This document shows positions 36,974 to 48,659 of a stretch of 64,000 nucleotides of DNA, in pieces (the first letter of the stretch is position 1; each line of letters starts with the position of its first letter). The stretch covers positions 1,240,001 through 1,304,000 of the forward strand of contig CATNEN010000008.1 of the NCBI GenBank assembly GCA_950097015.1. Direction: 5' to 3'. This DNA is from Macrostomum hystrix. Its lineage: Eukaryota > Animalia > Platyhelminthes. Under the pieces are notes generated by a model. It worked only from the letters and a program-made list of their open reading frames with translations, did no database searches and was not told where the DNA came from. A program made the position numbers and the translations under genes.

Positions 36974-37976
36974 CTTGACACTAGCCTATATGCTATCATG
37001 AATTACAGACTACTCAGAAGCAATAGTGTGTAATCAAATATGTGATATTGCAAAAAAGCATTTTTTGGGTACAACCTGCGCCAGAGAAATTCTTCCAGTT
37101 ATGATCTGGCCCTCTCTTTAGGTTCTAATACATTTAAACATTCTAGGATTTTTAGACATAGACATCACTTTTCATTCTTATTTGCCCCAGCCAATAGAGA
37201 TTGTCTCCTTGGATCCAACCAAGTAATGACACAATGCATTGCATGCATTTGAGTTTAGTGAATGATTCTTGAAGATTGCCAACCAAATCCACCATTGGAT
37301 TAAATAATAAGAAACTAGCTTGCTACATAGGCTATAGAAACTGTTACAATTTTTTTATAAAGCTGAAGTAAAGTAACCATAAACAACAGTTTATCTATTC
37401 TTATATATTCTTTTTGTTATTCTTACAACATTACAAAATAAAGAAGAAATGAGCCACGTATAAATGATCATATGTGTGCGTTACATTTTAATAAACAAGA
37501 AAGCACTGTCAATATTTTTTACTTTACTTTTAGTACGAAATCTGTAGCTCGCGAAATCTTTAAAGTAAAAATTGTTCTTTAGGGAAAAAAGGTTAGCTAA
37601 AGGACATGCAGCAGTTTTTATCTGTTATTGTTTATTATTTCTGTTTTATTGAGTTTTTTATTTGCCTATTTACAACGTTACTGACTGTCTAAAACAAGAT
37701 TGTTTTTTCTTTTTAGGGATTTTAAATTTTCAAAGAAAGTCAGTATTTCCAGGAACATTACGCATAATAATAAATGTGCAATTAGAAAACCCAGTTAGTT
37801 TTTTTATTAGGAATATATTAGTGCCTAGCCTTCTACAAAGGTTTATAACATATTGATCTCTGAAAGATATGCATAAAGTTATGCATTTCTAATGTCGATA
37901 GAAACATTTTAAGCTTTAAAACGTGCTCGATTAAAAGAAGCCTTGATGCTGTTGACTATTTTTTATAGTATCACCG

Positions 37977-40900
37977 ATGACAGAAATATCTGATAAAAAT
38001 CTAAGTAATATTGACGATACAGCGAAGCTGATATCGACAGCTTATCAGCAAGTCAACCATGGAATTTACGAAGTTTTTCAATATGAAGTTGACAAAAAGA
38101 ACTCCGACTTTCAAGGGGGTGAGAGCAACGAATTTTCTTAATTTTGTGTCATCGAGTCTGCTAAATTCTTCTATATAATTGTGGCCTGAATGCTTAGAAA
38201 ACTTTACGTCTTTTCACATTCGTAAAATTTCACGTGACACAAGAATTGTCAGATACGAATTCGTTCGACTGTATTTTGTTGCGACATTGCGAGTGCTAAT
38301 TAACGTACTGGTGTCTATTTAATTACTCAATGTAAAAGTATATACTAAATGTTTCAGTATTTTTTAATGAGCGAAACCGAGAGTTTCTAGCAATGGATGC
38401 AAATGGAATTTTTCAAGTGAAACCGCAGTCGCCAGACAAACCAAGTAACGTTTAATTGTTCATGTGATGTATAATATATATTAAAAGATGTATATTTAAA
38501 AATAATTGTTTTATGCTTTCGACACATCGTCGATGCTCTAATTTTCTTTTCGACTGATTACAGTTCAACGCATCGCCAGATATCCAAAGTACGAGTACAG
38601 TCTCATATCACAGTTGATATATTATAGACAATACAATGTTTACTTTGCACTCAACAAAGAGTCATCAATTTTGGTAAGATTAAACGCCTAGATGAGTTTT
38701 TCGCTTTGAAATTAAGCCTACAGTGCTAATCTTGCTAATAAAAAAACTTTATTTTAGGTTCTAAATCGATTCTTTGAAGAAATGGTGCCAATCACTTTCG
38801 AGCAAAGAAACATCTTGGCAATGATATTTGACAAGTCCAGAGATCAGCTCATCACTAATGGAGCATATGGAACAAAGGTGAGATGATTAATATAAGCACC
38901 AACTCGACTCTTTTTAATGTTAATGATAACTTATTAACCCGGTTTAATTACCAGTTCTGGGTTTTCCAACCGAAAGCGGAGAAGCACCTGATGCTTGGCA
39001 AAGCGATGTCAAACTATGAGCTCAAACTGATTGAGCACATCGAAGAGCTGGGCGGCAGCTGGGTGAAGTATGTTGATATTGACTACAAGCATGACCACCT
39101 GTACTACTGTTCCGAGACCGATGTACGCTGCTACAGTCTGTCAGGCTTCAACAGAGCCAGTTTGGTCTTTAAATTGGACGGGTAACTCGGCAAATGTAGA
39201 ATATGAGCGTTACATTTTTCTATTCGTTAACAGCGGAAAGAGCGCGCTATATTTCGCCCCTGTGGAAAAACCACGGTGGTATTTCAGATACCACCTGCCT
39301 ATACTTCACGATAGCTCCCAAACCGAATGACTGATTTTCGTGAAAGTCCCCATCTGAATCATACGAGCCAGCATCGTCGAGATTCAGCGATCCTTGTCGA
39401 AGACCAGGATTAAATAATTGGCGAAAACAATTATTGTTAATTGTTAAATCAACAATATAATCAATACAATATAGTAAAAAAAATTTCTGAGCTGAAATTT
39501 TTTGCCTATTTTCGTACTTTTTGCCACAAGACTCCCTGACGTGAGTAGTTGAATGTCTCGACGATGCCGATGCTTTGTGATTCTGGAGTTTTTTTTATGG
39601 GATTGAGCGCAGAATTTTAGCCCGTGTTCTGTATTTGCATGTCGATTGATTGAATACTTTGGAAGATACAGAAAAAAGGACAATATGGGTGATTTTGGAA
39701 TGCCCCCATGGTCTTTCTACTGTTCATTAACTTGCGCTCATTGGCTGATAAACCGATCATTCTAGATGCCACCGAATGGAGATCACTGGCTGCCTGTTTT
39801 CCAACACGCAGCAGATTCTGGTAACATCCAGCATGGACACGGAGGTCAAGCTGTGGAACACTCAGCATGGCTACCTCAACTCGCTCATGGGCCATTCGCA
39901 GGGCATCACCGGGATGCACTTTTATCCTGGAGACGAATCGCGCGTCATCACCGCCTCAGTGGACGGCTCAGTGCGGATTTGGTCTCTGGCTCTGCAGGAC
40001 TGCCAGCTGACTGTGCAGGCTCTGCACTCGGACCCTGTGATCTGGTCCGGCATGGCGCACCAGCGGCTCATGTTTGTCGCTTCGGCTAAACGATTCGCCC
40101 TGCTGCACATTAACTACCTGCCCGTGTACTGGTCCGAATGCCGCTCTCAGGTAAATCTGATGATGCTTGCCTTCAAAAGATGGAATTCGAACTGAACAGA
40201 CCCTGGGGCGGAGGTTATGTAGCTGGGCTGTACTCCTCGACAGTTAAGGGGTGTTGACTTGGTCTTGAAGTTCTGGTTTTTTCACGTCGTCTTCTTATTA
40301 TCTCGCCTCTCCCCTCTCCTCTCCGCTCTCTTCTCCTCCTCTTGTCTTCTATACTCTCCTCTCTCTTCTCCCTCCTATTCTCTTCTCTCCTTTCCCCTCT
40401 CTTGTCGGCTTTTTGCCCCCTTTTGCCTCCTAAAACGCTCCTATCGAATACATACATACATATATACACACTATGATTTATTCCGTAGTTCTTACTAAAA
40501 CCAAACGAAGTCTATGCAATCGTCTCGGCCTAAATATTAATTAAACCTAACGACTTTCCCCAAAATAATGACAACCGGCCCCACCCCCACCCAAATTATC
40601 CAGGCCACCCGCCTGTCGCTGGTGGGCGCTGGCAGTTTCGGCGCCCGAAAATCCACTCGCCTCCTGGCCCTGTGCGAGGACAGCAGCGTGCGACTCTACG
40701 CTCGTCGCGACGGTCGCCTCCTGAGCAGCCTGCTCAGTCCGCCAGACGTGTCGCCGTTGGATCGCGTCCTGGACGCCTGTCATTCCAGAGTCACTGGACT
40801 GACCTTCGTACTGCTTGACGCCGACCGGGTGTGGGTGTACTTTGCCAAAAGCAATCCAGCTTGCAGATTGCACGCTTGGAATATGAAGGTGTGGCTGGCT

Positions 40901-43900
40901 TATTGATTGTGAGAGAGGCAGTATTGGAGAACTGTGATGAATAATTAACAGAAGAAAGTCCACGATATTTTTCCCACCTGGGGAAAGACAATGGGGAGAT
41001 TTCAAATACCCACTGCCTATTTCCCGATGGCTCCCAAACCGAATGAACGATTTTCGTGAACGATGAACCAACTTTCGAAGCCATTCGACGTCAGCAACGT
41101 CTAGATATTCAGCGATTCTTGTCGAAGACCCCTGGTGACAAGGACAACTAAGATTGCTGTGTATAAACTTCCATGGCGAGTCCTTATTGGTTCAAAAAAA
41201 TTAAAAAAAGTTACATGATGAAATTTTGTGAGCAGAAAAATCAGGAATCGAATCCCTGACCTTAAAGTCATGAGTCGGACGATCTTAACTCGTCAATGCC
41301 ACTCGCATTGGCAGGACCTGAATGCGTCGCTGCACGCTTCCAACGGCTCAGCCGGCCTGTCCGTCAAGACCCAGGAGCTGGCAAAGTCGCAGCGAGCCAG
41401 CGACTTCTATCACAGCGCAACTGTTGGCAGCGGAGGCGGGCTGCACGCGGCGCCGCAGTGTCTCCGCCTGGCTCTGATGCGCAGTCCAACTGTTCGCTGG
41501 ACCCTGGCTAGTCAGGCTCTCGAGTGCCCGCTGGCCCAGGAACTGCTGCTGCTGGGGCTCTCCGACGGTCGGGTGCTGTTTGTAGACCCGACCGAGCCGT
41601 CTGGCAGGCTGCATCTGCAGCTGCAGGCGCACAGGGGTCCCGTGACACGGCTGGCCTGGGACGAGGCGCACGAGTGCCTGATTACGGGAACTGAGCACAA
41701 GGTCAGCCAGACTGGGCGATCAGACAGGAGACTGGGGGAGAAATGAGACCGGAGAAACGAGACTGGGGAGAGATGAGACTGTGGAGATTTGAGACTGTGG
41801 AGATTTGAGACTGTGGAGAAATGAGACCGGAAAGATGAGACTGGGGAGAAATAAGACCGGAGAGATGAGACTGGGGAGAGATGAGACCGGAGAGATGAGA
41901 CTGGGGAGAAATGAGACCGGAGAGATGAGACTGGGGAGAAATGAGACACGGGAGAGATGAGACAGAGGAGGGATGAGACTGGGGAGAGAGGAAAGATTAG
42001 GCAGAGGAGGGATGCGACAGAGACTGGATTTGATAGGGGAGGGATGAGAAAGGGGAGGGATGAGACAGAGGAGGGATGACGCAGAGGAGAGATGAGACAG
42101 GGAAAAATTTACTTTAACTTTAACTTTACTCTGGATAGCTTTCCAGTCTATCCTTTATATTTAACTGATTCAAAATGGAAACATGAAACCACTGCAGGGC
42201 GTCCTAACCCTGGCAGTCTGGAACCTGCCCCAGCTCCAGCTGATGTCGGAGATCCGCCTACCGGACGATTGTCGCTGCCTGACCCGCTGCGCCAGCGCAT
42301 TGGTCAGCGGCCACGACAGCGGTCACGTGATCCGCAGCCGGGTGGCCACGGGCGACAGGCCGAGCGCGGCTCAACGCGCCACCGTTCGAGCGGACCTCGA
42401 TGCAGGGTTGCCGAAGAACCCGGAGCACGCGTCTGCCGTGGTAGCCGTCGATTCGCTGCCTGAGCGAGACCTTCTGACTTCGGTTTGTAAACAGGAAGGA
42501 AGCTCCCAATACTTGTCATGACTTCCCCCTTCTCTGTGCTTGTTTACGCTGGCGCGCTCTGTTAATTTACTGTCTTCTCTCTCCCTCTATCTGTTTAACT
42601 TATTATATAACCTTCACTTCTCTTTCCTCTCCCTCGTCTCTGATTGGCTAGCTGCTCGTATCTCTTTCCTCACCCCCTCCTTTTCAGCTTTTACCCTCCG
42701 GCTCCGTCCTTACTCAGCGATTAGGCTTTGTAGCTTAGCGATTAGGCTTTGTAGATTAGCGATTAGGCTTTGTAGCGTATCGATTAGGCTTTGTAGATTA
42801 GCGATTAGGCTTTGTAGCGTATCGATTAGGCTTTGTAGATTATCGATTAGGCTTTGTAGATTAGCGATTAGGCTTTGTAGATTAGCGATTAGGCTTTGTA
42901 GCTTATCGATTAGGCTTTGTAGCTTATCGATTAGGCTTTGTAGATTAGCGATTAGGCTTTGTAGCGTATCGAATAGGCTTTGTAGCTTATCGATTAGGCT
43001 TTGTAGCTTATCGATTAGGCTTTGTAGCTTATCGATTAGGCTTTGTAGATTAGCGATTAGGCTTTGTAGCGTATCGAATAGGCTTTGTAGCTTATCGATT
43101 AGGCTTTGTAGCTTAGCAATGAGGCTTTGTAGCTTATCGATTAGGCTTTTTAGATTAGCGATTAGGCTTTGTAGCTTATCGATTAGGCTTTGTAGATTAG
43201 CGATTAGGCTTTGTAGATTAGCGATTAGGCTTTGTAGATTAGCGATTAGGCTTTGTAGCGTAGCGATTAGGCTTTGTAGATTAGTAGGTAGTATGTATTA
43301 GGCATTAGGTATTAGGCTATTTAGCTTAGCGACTAAGCTTGGTATCCTCGGTTTTAGGCTGTATAGCTTTGCGATTAGGCTATTTATCTTAGCGATTTAG
43401 CTTTTTAGTTTCATTAGGCTATTAGCATTGTAATTAGGCTTTGTAGCTTATTTCTATGTAATTAGACTTTTAGTTACTCGAGCCCCAAGGGACCAGTCTT
43501 GCTAGTCACTTTACAATACTGAAAATGCAACCGTCGAATCACCAGGTGGATTCAGGCGGCCACGTGAAGATCTGGCAAGGCCCGGAGCAGCCCCAGCTGA
43601 CCCTCCTAGCTGAACTCAGCCTCTCTGAGACTGTGTCCTCGGCGGCCTTTTTAAATTGTCGCGGCGATCTGCTACTGTCGATGCGGAATCACCTGTTCCT
43701 GCTGCCGTACAGGCGCTGTGAGAGACATATTCAGTCTTCATAGATAGTAATGACTCTTAAGCCTAGTTAGGCGCTTTTATGAGCTGTGTACAGACAGCTG
43801 TTCAGTCCGTGGACTGGGGAGGCACCAGTCCTTACTAACAGGTAGAATCCCTTACTAACAAGTACGAATAAAATCCCTTACTAACAGGTAGAATCCCTTA

Positions 43901-46900
43901 CTAACAAGTAGAATCCCTGTTTAACAGGTAGAACCCCTTACTAGCAGGTAGAATCCCATATTAACAGGTAGAATCCCTTACTAGCAGGTAGAATCCCATA
44001 TTAACTGATAGAATCCCTTACTAGAAGGTAGAATCCCTGTTTAACAGGTAGAACCCCTTACTAGCAGGTAGAATCCCATATTAACTGGTAGAATCCCTTA
44101 CTAGAAGGTAGAATCCCTTACTAGCAGGTAGAATCCATTACTAACAGGTAGAATCCCTTACTAGCAGGTAGAATCCCTTACTAGCAGGTAGAATCCCTTA
44201 CTAGAAGGTAGAATCCCATATTAACTGGTAGAATCCCTTACTAGAAGGTAGAATCCCATATTAACTGGTAGAATCCCTTACTAGCAGGTAGAATCCCATA
44301 TTAACTGGTAGAATCCCTTACTAGAAGGTAGAATCCCTTACTAGCAGGTAGAATCCCTTACTAACAGGTAGAATCCCTTACTAGCAGGTAGAATCCCTTA
44401 CTAGCAGGTAGAATCCCTTACTAGAAGGTAGAATCCCATATTAACTGGTAGAATCCCTTACTAGAAGGTAGAATCCCTTACTAGAAGGTAGAATCCCATA
44501 TTAACTGGTAGAATCCCTTACTAGCAGGTAGAATCCCATATTAACTGGTAGAATCCCTTACTAGCAGGAAGAATCCCTTACTAGCAGGTAGAATCCCTTA
44601 CTAGCAGGTAGAATCCCTTACTAGCAGGTAGAATCCCTTACTAGCAGGTAGAATCCCTTACTAGCAGGTAGAATCCCTTACTAGAAGGTAGAATCCCATA
44701 TTAACTGGTAGAATCCCTTACTAGAAGGTAGAATCCCATATTAACTGGTAGAATCCCTTACTAGAAGGTAGAATCCCATATTAACTGGTAGAATCCCTTA
44801 CTAGAAGGTAGAATCCCATATTAACAGATAGAATCCCTTACTAGAAGGTAGAATCCCATATTAACTGGTAGAATCCCTTACTATAAGGTAGAATCCCATA
44901 TTAACAGATAGAATCCCTTACTAGAAGGTAGAATCCCCTTCTAACAAGTAGATTCCTTATTAACAGGTAGAATTTCTTATTTATAGCTAAATCCCATATA
45001 AAAATAGATAAAATCCTTGCCTAAAAGGCAGAAACTATATCTAGCGACAGTAACTTATTTATTAAACAGTTTTAAGCATCGCATTTATAACAAAAAGATG
45101 GGTTAGTCTTTGTCCATGAATCTTTGTCTAGACCTGCCCCAGCTGCTGTGGTCGGAAGCGGACGCTGCCGAGGATGCCACTGACAACGCGAGCATCGCAG
45201 GTGACGACTTTTTGGCTAAACTTTTTTATTTAACCGCAACATCAAAAAGAAAGAAAACTAGCAAGCATTTCTACTTACAGTAGACGAACAATAATTATGC
45301 GCTAATTTTGTAAAAAAACAATTTAAAAGCGCCTCGACTCTTTCACTGAAATTTCAGCCGCAAAATCAACTGTATAGGTAAAAATATCACTAAATGAGAA
45401 GTAGAAAGCTTTCTGTAAAAAAATGCTTTTTTATTACTTTTTCTGTGAAAATCAATATACGAGTATTAGCTTTAAATTTTATTGCTCTTTACAATTTCAC
45501 TAGACAATTATTATGCTTATTTCACTAGTACGTTCCAGTACACATTTCATACTTGATTTTACAATCTAATTTACACAAAGTTTCATTGTACCGAAATTTT
45601 CAGTTAAAGTGATACAATTTTAAATCTAGCTTTAATTCGCATCAATCTGCCCTTCTTCTTATGATGAGAGGTCTATCTGCATAAATGTCTTATTGATTTT
45701 CCAGCTTAACTTATCTAGTACACTGATTAAAAATGGTTAAAAACAGCATTTTTTTACAAGAAATTGTATTTAATCAATGAAAAACAATGTTTTCCTAGAA
45801 TCCGATGTGCTGGAAGACCCGGCCGTGCTGCACGAAGGTGTACAACAGGATCCGAACCCTATTGATTATGACAGCTACCTGGTATGCTTCTGCGATTGCT
45901 TCCATTGTCAGTTATGAAAGATTGAGAGATGACACTCGGGGAGAGATGAGACACCAGAGAGATGAGACACGGGAGAGATTAGACACCAGAGAGATGAGAC
46001 ACGGGAGAGATTAGACACCAGAGAGATGAGACACGGGAGAGATTAGACACCAGAGAGATGAGACACGCGAGAGATGAGACAGGGGAGAGATGAGACAGGG
46101 GAGAGATGAGACACGGGAGAGATGAGACACGGGAGAGATGAGACACGGGAGGGACGACACACGGGAGAGATGAGACACGAGAGAGATGAGACACGGGAGA
46201 GATGAGACACGGGAGAGATGACACACGGGAAAGATGAGACACGGGAGAGATGAGACAGGGGAGAGATGAGACAGGGGAGAGATGAGACACAGGGAGAGAT
46301 GAGACAGGGGAGAGATGAGACAGGGGAGAGATGAGACAGGGGAGAGATGAGACACAGGTAGAGATGAGACAGGGGAGAGATGAGACACAGGAGAGATGAG
46401 ACACAGGTAGAGATGAGACAGGGGAGAGATGAGACAGGCGATAGTATATTTTGGAAGTGGCCAGTGGGCCGGATTAAGGAGTTTAGCGGGCCTGAGATTA
46501 TCCACTTTTCAACTCGAATTCTCAAATCTCAAATTAAACTCAAAGGCGCCATTCAGTGTAAAACTCATCAAAGAATATTTGAGCACATCGTCCGACTTTC
46601 TGGCCAACGATCTGCTCACGGCTCGCGAGGCAGAAGAAGAAAGAAAGGTGAGCAGTTCTCAGATTCAACGTTTGCTATTGGCAAACAATCACTAAAACAT
46701 GGTTGAGCACAGCCCAGCTTGGAGTACGTATAAAACTGAGAAGGATTTCTCTACTCAAAGAAGTGCGTATTTGCTTGAATGCTCAGAGAGCTGAGGCTGA
46801 AGAGGCTGAACGAAGAGCGGCAGAGGCTGAATTGGGCGCCGAGAATTCCGACTCAGAAGAGTCGCTAGCGACCTCGTCCTGCAGCCTGACCAGCCTGCTG

Positions 46901-48601
46901 ATGTCTGCCTCCGACTGCGCCAACGATGGTTCCCCGACTGGCATTTTGGAAGCGGACATGGAACAGCTGGTACTGGCTACTCAACGACTGCCTGCCGACC
47001 GTGAGTGTCCCTGTCTCTCTTCCCATTGTCTTTCTCCCCTATTTTCCCATTATTTTTCTCCTCTCTTCCCCTGATCTTTCTCCCCTTTCTTCCCCTGACC
47101 TGTCTCCCCTCTCTTCCCCTTATTTTTCTCCCCCCTATTCCCCATATTTGTCTCCCCTTTCTTCCTCTGATCTGTCTCCCCTTTCTTCCTCTGATCTGTC
47201 TCCCCTTTCTTCCTCTGATCTGTCTCCCCTTTCTTCCCCTGATTTGTCTCCTCTCTCTTCCCCTTATTTTCCCCCTGTTCCCTTAATTTGTCTCCCCTTT
47301 CTTCCCCTGATCTGTCTCCCCTTTCTTCCCCTGATCTGTCTCCCCTTTCTTCCCCTGACCTGTCTTCCCTCTCTTCCCCTTATTTTTCTCCCCTGTCTTC
47401 CCCATCTGTCTATCCTCTCTTTACTTCATCTGTCTCGCCCCTCTCTGCCTAGCTTGTCTAGCTCTCTTCCCTCATCCCTCTCCCTATGCTCTAAATAGTT
47501 AAGCAATTCTTCCATTAGTCTCTATTCATAATATTCCACAATGAATTTAATCTGGCAGGCATTGAAATTTCAGGCACAATGCTAGTTTGATGAAAGCCAG
47601 CCTTGAATATAAGCTCTAACATTTTGTGCCTACTTTAACAAAAGACTAAAAAGCTGATCTTTAGCAAGCCAAGCGCCACAGTCGCATTGTTATGGAACGG
47701 TTAGACATAGGGATAATATGGTCCGTTCTCAGCCTCTGCCCTATAGCCATTCATCTTCCTCTTTTGATCTTTTTCTTATCTTGGAAGAGTATTGAAGATT
47801 CTGAATATTGGCTGACGGCACACTAAAAAGTGAGTTGAAATTGATTTTGTGAGAAGTTTATACTAGGTAGGCCGAACTAGCTAGGCAGTTCATCCCATTT
47901 CGCTGACTCCTGAGCACGCAAGCACACATCTGTGTACATCTGCCTATACTATTTCATCGTCAGGCAATGTACTTTGTACTCATTGTGCTTTGGTGGCTTC
48001 GCCGCGGACTCGAGCTTAGGGACTCCCTAAATTAACTTCTCTGACAACGAAATAAATTATTTAAGGTGCCGACAGTCAGCTCACCTGGCTTCTGCCACGC
48101 TTCGGCGAGTCGCCAGGAGCCGTCAGCCCGAGTCCAGAGCCGACGCCACCGCTGCAGTCGCCGCAGCCGCCTCCGCTGCAGCCGCCGCAAACACTGCAGC
48201 AGCTTCAAACAAAGCCAACTGTTCAACAGGCTCCTTCTCGACCAGACAGCAAACTATTTCAGTCATTCGTCCAACAGCAGCAGCAGCAGCAGCAGCCAAA
48301 GTCGGTAGCATCGGCGACGAAGCCGACGTCAGTAGCCACGGCGCCGCTTCAAACGCAGCTCCAGAAGCAGCCGCTCGCCCCCAGCGCAGTGACTCTCGGT
48401 TCCGGTCTGCCGTCTGACAAGCAGAAATCTCAAAGACGAGCTCCTCCAGTTAAGAAGGCCAAAAAGCAGCAGCAGCAGAAGCAACAGTCCAATAGGAAAC
48501 GCCAGCAGGAAGATCGAAAGCAAATATTTGAATCGAAATCTACGTTGGTGAAGGACCAGAGCGCTCCTCTAGTTGCTATGCCGATGCCATCGCTGCAGAG
48601 T

Positions 48602-48659
<58 letters not shown>

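Noticed and set aside
37977-43717. Idea that the WD40 gene supplies the missing JIP3/4 C-terminal WD40 region
   Set aside because: It is on the opposite strand, is transcribed divergently, and shows no recognisable similarity to the JIP3/4 C-terminus.
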